Shown here: one piece after another, positions 56,204-64,000 of the stretch
How the letters are laid out: the number at the start of each line of letters is the position of its first letter
How positions within the stretch are numbered: the first letter of the stretch is position 1
Origin: Candidatus Latescibacterota bacterium
Lineage (GTDB): Bacteria > Latescibacterota > UBA2968 > UBA8231
DNA length: 64,000 nt
Assembly (NCBI GenBank): GCA_965242865.1
Contig: CBDETK010000013.1
Coordinates: forward strand, 2,048,001-2,112,000
Direction: 5' to 3'
Translations under genes and position numbers: made by a program
Notes under the pieces: model-generated
Database searches by the model: none
The model's input: only the letters and a program-made list of their open reading frames with translations
What the model was told of the DNA's origin: nothing

Positions 56204-58219
56204 TTGGAAGAATATCGCCCCATTGGTCCCCTTTTCGAGCGGCGGCTGTCGTTGCAGATAGTCCCTCCAATCCTGCTGCTGCTGCTGTCCGTGTGCCCAA
56301 CCAGCGCACGGGATGTTTTTACCGTCGGCGGCAACGAACATCCTTGGCGCAATTCTGGCACAACCCCTGGGGGGGTGATCGATTTTGTCGAGCAATTGGG
56401 AACTATTGAGGACGCCAACGGCGAAAAAGTGTTTGCCGTTGGTTTGGATTCTCTGCAAAACTGGATCATGCCGCTGCGCTTGCGCTCCGACTTCAACATT
56501 TCGCTCGGTGTTCTCGAGCGGGGGGGCACTATAGATATTCCGGGGCTGGATGCTAGTCAGAAAAATCCAGAGCAGTTGGTGGGCATGCTCAATGGCGACC
56601 ACCGAGTGGCTTTTGACCGCAAGTTCGTGGCTGGCCGCATCGTGCGCAACAACGGCGTCACCATTCGCATTGACCTCGGTGCGCGCTTTGGAGTGGACCG
56701 AATCGTGTTCTATCCGCGGATGACGGCGTCGTTTCCCTTTGGGAACGAATTCATGCGGGGATACGAGTTGTTCCTCAACGATGGCTTGCCGCAAAACCTC
56801 TTTGCCAGTGGGCAGCCCATTTTTACCTCGCCGGTGCGGCGCGATTCAGACAACCGCGCGGCCAGAGTAGAAGCCCAGATCAACCCCCAATTTGTCCGCT
56901 TTCTGCAACTCAAGTCGATTTCCACCCTCGGGTTTGAAATTGACGAGATAGAGGTGTACGGCAGGGGGTTCGTACCGACGGCTAGCTACGTGTCCAAGGT
57001 GCTGGATCTGGGCGAGGAGGTCGTCTGGGGGCAAATCGCTTGGGGCGAAGTGGCCGCGGGCAATAGCGCGGATTCCAAGCTAGAAATCCGCGTCCGCAGC
57101 GGGCGGGATACGACCCCCGATGTCTTTTTTCGCAATGCCAATGTGGGGGGGCGGCAACCCGAATACGTGCCCACCGATAGCGAAGGCAATACGCTGACAG
57201 AAGAAACCTTTGGAAAACTGGCGAAGAACCAACAGGGGCCGATTAAAGCCGACGCTGACAACGGCTGGGTCCAGTGGCAAGTGATCGACAATGGGGCCTT
57301 TCTGACTGTGCCGGCGCCACGGCGCTACTTCCAGTTCCGCATCGACTTCACCAATCTGAGCTTGGATGCTAGCCGCGCGGTCGCCGACTTAGGCTTTGAG
57401 TTTGCACGGCCCCCGGTGGATCGCATCGTCGCCGAGGTGGGACCGCCGCGCACCGAGGTCGGCCAACAGACGACTTTTACGTACTTTGCCCGCATCACCA
57501 ATACTACGGGCCGGCCGGGATTCACGCGCTTTGAAATCGAAACCCCGGCCCGCATCGCGGCCATCCATTCGGTGGAGATCCAAGACCGGGCGGGCACTCG
57601 CCTAGATGGCGCCGAGTTCAGCGGCGATCTGGCTGCTGCGTCTTTGCCCCTGCGCGTCGGAGCGTTCTCCATTGAGGCGGTGGAGGACGACCACTTTGCC
57701 CTAAGCGTACCCCGGATCGACGCCGATGGCACTCTTTTGAAAATTGTCTTTGATGCAGCCGTGTTCCGCTATGGTACGCGTTTCCAAGGGCGGGCTTTGG
57801 CCGACTCCAGTGTGCAAGTGCCGCTGCAAACTGAGGGCGGGGATGCTTCGGCCGAACAGGATACCGACGAGTTGCTGGTGCAGATTCCCGTGGGCTCGCA
57901 GGTGGCTGGCCCGCTAACAATCCAGCCGCGGACCTTCACCCCCAACGGCGATGGGGCCAATGACGTGGCGGAAATAAGCTATGCGGTTCTGCACCTGCTC
58001 AAACCATCGCCGAGCGAGGTAAATATCTATAACTTGGCTGGTAGCCGCGTGCGGCGGCTCAACTCTGCCGAGGTCCAAAACGGCCGTATCGAGCTACATT
58101 GGGACGGTCGCGGCGACGACGATCGCCTAGTGCCGCCGGGCACCTACTTGGCGGTGGTGGAAATCCGCTCCGACCGGGAGACCGAGCGGCGTTCCACCAG
58201 CGTATCCGTGGTCTATTAA
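56204..58219 (+). CDS. Exported FlgD-Ig / type-B-like CTD protein
   Basis: DLGARFGVDRIVFYPR, FEIDEIEVYGRGF, IRVRSG, PAPRRYFQ, FTPNGDGAND, WDG.GD..RLVPPGTY; ends VVY*. Exact start uncertain. Confidence 0.85.
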   Translation: MEEYRPIGPLFERRLSLQIVPPILLLLLSVCPTSARDVFTVGGNEHPWRNSGTTPGGVIDFVEQLGTIEDANGEKVFAVGLDSLQNWIMPLRLRSDFNISLGVLERGGTIDIPGLDASQKNPEQLVGMLNGDHRVAFDRKFVAGRIVRNNGVTIRIDLGARFGVDRIVFYPRMTASFPFGNEFMRGYELFLNDGLPQNLFASGQPIFTSPVRRDSDNRAARVEAQINPQFVRFLQLKSISTLGFEIDEIEVYGRGFVPTASYVSKVLDLGEEVVWGQIAWGEVAAGNSADSKLEIRVRSGRDTTPDVFFRNANVGGRQPEYVPTDSEGNTLTEETFGKLAKNQQGPIKADADNGWVQWQVIDNGAFLTVPAPRRYFQFRIDFTNLSLDASRAVADLGFEFARPPVDRIVAEVGPPRTEVGQQTTFTYFARITNTTGRPGFTRFEIETPARIAAIHSVEIQDRAGTRLDGAEFSGDLAAASLPLRVGAFSIEAVEDDHFALSVPRIDADGTLLKIVFDAAVFRYGTRFQGRALADSSVQVPLQTEGGDASAEQDTDELLVQIPVGSQVAGPLTIQPRTFTPNGDGANDVAEISYAVLHLLKPSPSEVNIYNLAGSRVRRLNSAEVQNGRIELHWDGRGDDDRLVPPGTYLAVVEIRSDRETERRSTSVSVVY

Positions 58220-58244
58220 GTGCTAGCCAAGCGAGGAGGGGATT

Positions 58245-60914
58245 TTGAACAAGCACTATCGGGTTGTGGTGGGTGCTGTTCTCTGGGCACTAGGCTGGAG
58301 TGCGCCGACTTGGGTTGGTGCCCAAGGGTACGACTCGCGCATGGGTAGAGTGAAACCGGGTGGAAAGGTGGATTTTTCTCCGCAAGGACCGGGGGTATTA
58401 TTCGACGCCCTAGATCCAGCAGTGCGCAAATGGTACGTTCCCCAAGAGCTGTACAAGGAATACCAGTGGAGACAGTGGGAATACTCCAACTACGCCCGCG
58501 CTCCCTATCAGCGCTATGTGGACACCGCGTTGGAGGGCGATTACTTCTACGATTTCTTCGGCAACCTAGTCACCCGAGGTTGGTTGATCTACGATTGGCA
58601 GCAAGATCGCCCCCAGCAATTCGGCAGTAGCATCCTCAAGACCAACAGGTTTAACCAATGGTTCAACCGAGTAGCCATCTCCTCAGACCACAAGGGACAA
58701 TACTACTATAGAATCACGATTGGCGATGAGATCCGCACTACTTTGACCCCCATGACTTTTTCTAAACCCACCTTCAACGGTATTCAGTGGGACTTTGCGG
58801 CCGACAAGTACCAAGGTACTCTACTGCTGGCCCGCCCCAGTCGGCCAGCCGTGGCCACCTCTTTGGATATTCCCGATCAGAAGACTAGCGTCACCAACTT
58901 ACTGGGCGGGCGAGGCATCGTTCAGGTCGGCGACTTCGTCCAACTCGGGGCGACTTATGTGACCGCCTTCCAAGGCCAGACGCTGTTCGACGATTTCACC
59001 GGCAATCCCTTTGCCGGTGGGGCTCTGACCACCGACCAGAATGCGCTGCCTATATCCCGTATCATTATCCGGCTGTCGGACGACTCGCCCGCCGACGGAG
59101 TGGGTGGGGCGGCCCTGTTCGACGACGAAATCATCATCGAGGATGTAGATGGCAACGTTTTCAGAGGCAGTGCCATAGGATTCGAGCCCATACGCGAAGG
59201 GGGGTTCCAACGAGTGGGGTTTTTAGCTGCGGACGGCGACGAGCGCATTACCCTTACCTACGACTTTACGGACCCTTTGTACACCGGGCCCGATCCTACG
59301 ACGATAGAAAGAGTATCCTTTGAATTGGTGATCTCCAACGACTACAAGGTGGAAATCACGTCGGACCGGCAGACGAACCGAGACTCACAGCCCGTCTTCT
59401 TGCTGATAGAACGGGCCCAGAACAATATCCGCGACAACTCCAACCAGCGCCTGTTGAAATTCGACTACGGTCTGCCCACGGCCAATACCATCTTTGGCGT
59501 CACCTTCGAGGCCAACAAGATCTGGGGGTTCGACTTTTACGGCGAGTACGATTTCAACAATCAGTACCGTCAGTATCCCAACCTCAATCTAAAGGATCAT
59601 CATAAGGCGGTGAACGACGCCCAGGCATGGATGTTCAACCTGTCCAAAGCGTCCTACCCTTGGTTCGCCTTTCTCGAAGGCTATAGCATGGACGCGGATT
59701 ACTCCACCCGCACCTTTCTAGCGGGTACTCGGGGACAGGACGAAATCGATTACGAAGACGAAATATCCTATATCTATGAATTCGTCGAGGACAACGACGA
59801 CCAAGACCGCCGGCCGGACTGGAGCCGCTATAGTATGCTGTCGGACAATGCGGTCTTTCCGGGCTTTGACGAGAACAACGATTTCGTCTCGGATTTCAAC
59901 CAGAACGATACGGAGGATCGACAGAACTTCATTCCCGATTACGAAGAGCCTTTCCTGCGCTATCACTCCGATAGGCCCGAATACCTCTTTGGCGTTGACA
60001 TGAACAACAACGGCTGGATCGACCGCTTTGAAAACGACGAAGAACCCGATTATCCCTACGGGCGCGACCACCGCGGCTACAATTTTTACGCGGGAACCCA
60101 CATCGGGCCGGAGGCCCGGCTGACCGTCGGGCATTTGCGCGAAAAATTGCTGGCGGGGGATCGCAACAACGAATCCACGTACCTGCTCTTCACCTACGAA
60201 AGGGATTTTGCCCGGTTGGGCCGTTTGCGCGTGTTCGACAACTTCAAGTGGGTCGAGGACGACATTCCCGACAATCTCTTCCAGTGGGTGCAGCCGTCTA
60301 ACTCCCGCGGTACTCAACAGCGCGTGTTCGATTTGCTCCCGGCGCGCGACACCTGGATCAACACTTCCTATGTGCAGTTCGATTTCACGCTCGTAGGGGA
60401 CCTGAATGTGATCAACAAGTTCAAGACTGAAATCTACAAGCAGTGCCGCGAGCAGCGCGACCTGCGCGACACAGCTAGCTTTGTCGGTCTCATCAACAAA
60501 GTCGATTACACGTTCCCGGTGAGAAACATCGAACTTGAACCGCGCTTCAAGAGCGAATTTTTGCGCGAGCACCCCGTTCGCAAGCGAGCCCCAGAGCGCC
60601 GCGAATTGACCGAGACTCTTTTTCTCATTGCCCGCATTCCTCTGCTCTCCCACACGCTCATCGAGTTGGGACTAGAACTGTCCCATTTTGAGCAGTTCCG
60701 CGACGATGAGGAGGGGGTGCCGGTCCATCGCGACTTGGAGCCGGATTCCTTCAGTCGCATCGTCGCGGTGCAATTTAACAACGCCTCGGATTACTTGGGC
60801 TACAGGCTCCATCTGCAGACGGGGTTTCGCCTACAGAAGCTGACGTTTGAAAATCTGCCCTCTAGCACGACCAGCAAGATATTTATGACGGCCTACGCAG
60901 GGCTAGAACGCTAG
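58245..60914 (+). CDS. Exported ~890-aa putative beta-barrel protein (paralog B)
   Basis: GAGGAGG+TTG; shares WYVPQELY.EYQWRQWEYSNYAR, IRTTLTPMTFSKP, YGLPTA, EDNDDQDR, DYEEPFLR, SDYLGY with 42225..44900; ends FMTAYAGLER*. Confidence 0.7.
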   Translation: MNKHYRVVVGAVLWALGWSAPTWVGAQGYDSRMGRVKPGGKVDFSPQGPGVLFDALDPAVRKWYVPQELYKEYQWRQWEYSNYARAPYQRYVDTALEGDYFYDFFGNLVTRGWLIYDWQQDRPQQFGSSILKTNRFNQWFNRVAISSDHKGQYYYRITIGDEIRTTLTPMTFSKPTFNGIQWDFAADKYQGTLLLARPSRPAVATSLDIPDQKTSVTNLLGGRGIVQVGDFVQLGATYVTAFQGQTLFDDFTGNPFAGGALTTDQNALPISRIIIRLSDDSPADGVGGAALFDDEIIIEDVDGNVFRGSAIGFEPIREGGFQRVGFLAADGDERITLTYDFTDPLYTGPDPTTIERVSFELVISNDYKVEITSDRQTNRDSQPVFLLIERAQNNIRDNSNQRLLKFDYGLPTANTIFGVTFEANKIWGFDFYGEYDFNNQYRQYPNLNLKDHHKAVNDAQAWMFNLSKASYPWFAFLEGYSMDADYSTRTFLAGTRGQDEIDYEDEISYIYEFVEDNDDQDRRPDWSRYSMLSDNAVFPGFDENNDFVSDFNQNDTEDRQNFIPDYEEPFLRYHSDRPEYLFGVDMNNNGWIDRFENDEEPDYPYGRDHRGYNFYAGTHIGPEARLTVGHLREKLLAGDRNNESTYLLFTYERDFARLGRLRVFDNFKWVEDDIPDNLFQWVQPSNSRGTQQRVFDLLPARDTWINTSYVQFDFTLVGDLNVINKFKTEIYKQCREQRDLRDTASFVGLINKVDYTFPVRNIELEPRFKSEFLREHPVRKRAPERRELTETLFLIARIPLLSHTLIELGLELSHFEQFRDDEEGVPVHRDLEPDSFSRIVAVQFNNASDYLGYRLHLQTGFRLQKLTFENLPSSTTSKIFMTAYAGLER

Positions 60915-61053
60915 TGGGTTTGATCTGAGCAAAGGCGACCTGTTAGTAGCTGAAAGGAGGAGAAAGGAACAGGCGTCGTTTTACCCCCGATTGGGGTGGC
61001 AAAAGACACAATGACTCACTCCCGTACTCACTCACTGAAGGAGAGGTGTTGCA

Positions 61054-61929
61054 ATGAAGAGAATCAACGAAGCATCCATTGCGTTACTGGTCTCGATCCT
61101 CATGGTCGGCTCGGCTTTTAGCCACCAAGGGGAGATGAAGTTCATGTTCCAGTTCCCGGATCACCTGACGCCGGTGCTGGACGGCGATATGTCGGACTGG
61201 GACATCGTAAGCGATGTGTACAAGATCAAAGCCGAAACCATGTTCAACCAGTTCGGTGCGCCCATGGATTTGAGCGATTTCAACGCTTGGCTCGTCTGGG
61301 GCTACAACATCAACGACGGCAAGGCCTATTTTGCAGCTTGGGTTGCCGACGACTTCATCAACGACACCGAGAAGTGGTCGACGACTACAGATTGGGACCA
61401 CTCCGGTGGCATCTTTCGCGGCTTTGACCAAGGGGACGATTTTGAGACCCGCTGGGCCAGTGCCCAAGCCCAACGCTACGATCTGGCCGGCCCCATTTTC
61501 AGCTCTTCCGGTTATTATACCCGGATTATCGACGGCTCCAAAGCGTGGGCGGGCCAGTCCCCTTACGTGGAATGGGCCGGCAAGTTTCTCCGCGGCGACG
61601 TCAATACACAGGAGCCAGCAGAAATGTTTGGCGAATACTCCATTGTGCCCTTTGACGACATCCATCCCGACGGTGCCGACCAGAGTGTCAGGCACAATTG
61701 GGTGGAAGGCACCGTTGTCGGCATAGAGGTCAACTGGGGCGACAAGGATGCCGATCCCGGCTCCTACGACGATGCCTATTGGTCCGGTTTCGGCGGCATA
61801 GGTGCTTCTCGGGACGCCGACCAGTTCGGCGACTATTTGTTGGCGCCGATTGAAGAGGGGTTGCCCGAGGCTCGAGCTACCTCAGTCGAGGCCAACACTT
61901 GGGGCCAGATCAAGTCCACCTTCAAGTAA
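61054..61929 (+). CDS. Exported acidic DOMON/CBM9-like protein with WGx(L/I)K tail (paralog B)
   Basis: AAGGAGAGGT RBS; ...AFS|H; FQFPD..PVLDGDMSDW; ends LLAPIEEG...TSVEANTWGQIKSTFK*. Confidence 0.75.
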   Translation: MKRINEASIALLVSILMVGSAFSHQGEMKFMFQFPDHLTPVLDGDMSDWDIVSDVYKIKAETMFNQFGAPMDLSDFNAWLVWGYNINDGKAYFAAWVADDFINDTEKWSTTTDWDHSGGIFRGFDQGDDFETRWASAQAQRYDLAGPIFSSSGYYTRIIDGSKAWAGQSPYVEWAGKFLRGDVNTQEPAEMFGEYSIVPFDDIHPDGADQSVRHNWVEGTVVGIEVNWGDKDADPGSYDDAYWSGFGGIGASRDADQFGDYLLAPIEEGLPEARATSVEANTWGQIKSTFK

Positions 61930-61956
61930 AGTCGAAGAGGTTGTAGGATGGTTTCA

Positions 61957-61996
61957 GGCGGGATTTACGGGCGACTGTAAATCCCGCCGTTCTCTT
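61957..61996 (+). terminator. Strong hairpin with weak U-tract (terminator or mRNA-stabilising stem)
   Basis: GGCGGGATTTAC-GG-GCGA-CT-GTAAATCCCGCC followed by GTTCTCTT. Confidence 0.65.
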
Positions 61997-61998
61997 GC

Positions 61999-63861
61999 GT
62001 GGCGACCATGCAAAGGAGGCACTGGGTGAGACGGGTACTGATGCTAGTCCTGACCGCGCTGGGAATGGCCGAGGCGCGCCAATTTTACCAGCTGGGGGGC
62101 CATGGTGGAAACCCTTGGAGCGAAAGCGGCACCCTGAGTTCTATCGATGTGGCAAAGGTGCCGGGTGCCATCCGCCCGTTCAGTACCGAAAGCGGCGAGA
62201 ACCTAATTGCCTCGATGGGCGAGCGGCAGGGCGACATCACCAGCTTGGTGAGCATTTACACCCTGCCGGCCAATTGGCTGGACGACCGCGTGCGGATCGT
62301 AGATGGCGATTCAACTACGGCTTTTGTGCATCCGCCGCGCATCAATTTTTTTCGCGGCCCTGGGTTCTTCTATACCACGCCGATGTTCTTCGATTTGGGG
62401 GCACCATTCCCCATTGAAGGGATTCGCTTTGCAACCCGCGCCGATCATCCGGGGCACAAGATCCGCCAGTTTAGGCTTTCCATCAACGACGGCAGGGAGG
62501 AGAGCAAAGACGAAAAAGGGAATCTCGTCTGGACCTTGCTTCACGACGAGAAAGACAATTTGAGCCCGGTCGTCGAACTGGCTATCGAACCCCAGATAGC
62601 GCGCCACGTCTATCTCCACCCCTTGGAAGTGGGCGAGACTTGGGAAGTGGCCGAGTTTGAGGTGTACGGTCAGGGGTTCGTTCCCCAAGCCTCATTTCGG
62701 TCCGACCCGATTGATCTGGGCCGAGCATCGAGTTTGGGGCGCATTTGGTGGAACGGTCAACTCGATCCAGAAGCGAAAATAGTCATCCAGAGCCGCAGCG
62801 GCCGCGATGACCAGCCCGAGATTTACTGGCGCAAGACCGGGGTGGGCGGAGAGGAAGTGCCATTCGGAGCCAATGGCCGCCCCATGAGCCGCCAATCCTA
62901 TGAAGCCATGCCCCAGAACGTGCAGGGGCGCATTACCCAGGATCTGGAAAACTGGAGCGTATGGCACACCTATGAATATGCGGACGGCCTCGCCGGCAAC
63001 CGCATGCTCTCGCCCAGCCCCCGGCAGTACGTGCAGCTACACATCGCTTTTTTTTCGGCCCGATTAGAGGGGGGACAGATCGACTCCCTGTTTTTTGAAT
63101 TTTCCCAACCCCCGGTCGTCTCCGCGGCGATTGGCGAGATTTACCCTCCCTTTGTCGAGTCGGCCGACCCGGTTCGGTTCACCTATGCGGTGCGGACGCG
63201 ACTGGAGGCAGAGCAATCGGGTTTTAATGTGCTCGAGGTGCGGACTCCCGCTCGTCTAGAGGCCATCCACGAAGTGCGGATCGACCGCGAAGTGGTCCAT
63301 TTTACCCCGAGTTTCGATCCGGCGGCTCCCCACCAGTTCGCAGTCCAATTTGATCGCATTGACCAAGATCAGACGCTGCTAGAAGTCGATTTCGACGCCC
63401 GCGTCTTAAACTATGGAACGACTTTCAGCGGCGCCGTGTCGGATGCAGACCGCGATGAAGTCCCCCAGAGCGTGATTCCCGGAGATGCGATGAGTGAGTT
63501 GTTGAGCGATGCTTTGGACGTCCGCACACCGCTCAAGGGCCGCCTGCTCAGCGCCGTGCAGGTGGTTCCCAACCCGTTTTCACCCAATGGAGACGGCGTC
63601 AACGACCAAGTGCAGTTCTCCTATACCTTACTCCGTCTGACCGATGGCGTACCTCTTGAGACGGAAATCTACACGCTGGCGGGAAACCGAGTGCGCCTCT
63701 TGGACGCCGGGGAGAGGGGGAGCGCGCTTTATCAAGTTACTTGGGACGGTCGGGATGACCGAGGCGAATTGGTGGCCCCAGGGCTATACATCTACCGCGT
63801 GGTGGTAGAAGCGGGCAGGGGTTGGGAGGAGCGACTGGGGCCGGTCGCTCTGGCGTACTGA
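61999..63861 (+). CDS. Exported FlgD-Ig / type-B-like CTD protein
   Basis: DLGAPFPIEGIRF, WEVAEFEVYGQGF, QSRSG, SPSPRQYVQ, PNPFSPNGDGVND, WDGRDD.G.LVAPGLY; ends ALAY*. Confidence 0.85.
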   Translation: MATMQRRHWVRRVLMLVLTALGMAEARQFYQLGGHGGNPWSESGTLSSIDVAKVPGAIRPFSTESGENLIASMGERQGDITSLVSIYTLPANWLDDRVRIVDGDSTTAFVHPPRINFFRGPGFFYTTPMFFDLGAPFPIEGIRFATRADHPGHKIRQFRLSINDGREESKDEKGNLVWTLLHDEKDNLSPVVELAIEPQIARHVYLHPLEVGETWEVAEFEVYGQGFVPQASFRSDPIDLGRASSLGRIWWNGQLDPEAKIVIQSRSGRDDQPEIYWRKTGVGGEEVPFGANGRPMSRQSYEAMPQNVQGRITQDLENWSVWHTYEYADGLAGNRMLSPSPRQYVQLHIAFFSARLEGGQIDSLFFEFSQPPVVSAAIGEIYPPFVESADPVRFTYAVRTRLEAEQSGFNVLEVRTPARLEAIHEVRIDREVVHFTPSFDPAAPHQFAVQFDRIDQDQTLLEVDFDARVLNYGTTFSGAVSDADRDEVPQSVIPGDAMSELLSDALDVRTPLKGRLLSAVQVVPNPFSPNGDGVNDQVQFSYTLLRLTDGVPLETEIYTLAGNRVRLLDAGERGSALYQVTWDGRDDRGELVAPGLYIYRVVVEAGRGWEERLGPVALAY

Positions 63862-63868
63862 TAAAAAC

Positions 63869-64000
63869 ATGCGACCCAGAAAACCATGGACTCGGCGAGG
63901 ATGCGAGCTAGCCCTCTTATGGAGTCTCGCGGCGTGTTCGCCGGGTGTGGAGGTCGTCCTCGAACCCGGTGTGGTGGCGCGCATTGATTCCACTTCCATC
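63869..64000 (+). CDS. Lipoprotein, 3'-partial (possibly another PPIase/SurA-like)
   Basis: MRPRKPWTRRGCELALLWSLAAC (lipobox)...GVVARIDSTSI, which resembles the VAEVG..IT start of 37293..38933. Confidence 0.45.
   Translation, partial: MRPRKPWTRRGCELALLWSLAACSPGVEVVLEPGVVARIDSTSI

Noticed and set aside
60915-61053. Riboswitch in the leader of the 61054 gene (also 10740-10910)
   Set aside because: Only small hairpins and ACTCAC repeats; no recognisable aptamer consensus.
1-64000. CRISPR array, tRNA, rRNA
   Set aside because: No regularly spaced short repeats with unique spacers, and no recognisable structural RNA sequence.
37293-64000. Flagellar locus or canonical T9SS machinery
   Set aside because: FlgD-like similarity is limited to the C-terminal Ig-like tail. 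No flagellar, Gld, Spr or Por core genes are recognisable here.

Overview
GC-rich bacterial genomic window with no rRNA, tRNA or CRISPR array. The gene content (ASPIC/UnbV proteins, sulfatase, PhyH dioxygenases, AAA-PD-(D/E)XK, many FlgD-Ig-tailed proteins, 'WGxIK'-tailed proteins) suggests an uncultured Latescibacterota/Poribacteria-like lineage; this is inference. Four blocks are visible. (1) 4-18 kb: a minus-strand catabolic run (uxuA-like, 2x PhyH, sulfatase, phosphodiesterase) interleaved with defence-type genes (AAA-PD-(D/E)XK, three tandem MNT-HEPN fusions with a hypervariable segment, a helicase-less Type ISP/IIG-like RM enzyme, a C5-MTase stump). (2) 18-26 kb: housekeeping genes plus a decayed islet with an IS982-family element. 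(3) 26-37 kb: a corrinoid methyl-transfer cluster with a divergent FadR regulator (MtaA/URO-D, corrinoid protein, RACo, MetF-MetV fusion), split by a lower-GC insert (SNF2 helicase, HigB'-TPR-HigA chimera) that begins at a 52-bp duplication. (4) 37-64 kb, plus the gene at 1-1080: the best candidate for an undescribed system, a repeated envelope module. It comprises six paralogous exported proteins with a T9SS type-B-like/FlgD-Ig C-terminal domain ending in an invariant Tyr, two paralogous ~890-aa beta-barrel-like proteins each encoded directly after one of them, two proteins with a C-terminal TSVEAxxWGQ(L/I)K tail, PPIase lipoprotein(s), ASPIC/UnbV(-TPR) proteins and a GT-C/TPR glycosyltransferase. 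All calls come from motif reading only; no database searches were run.
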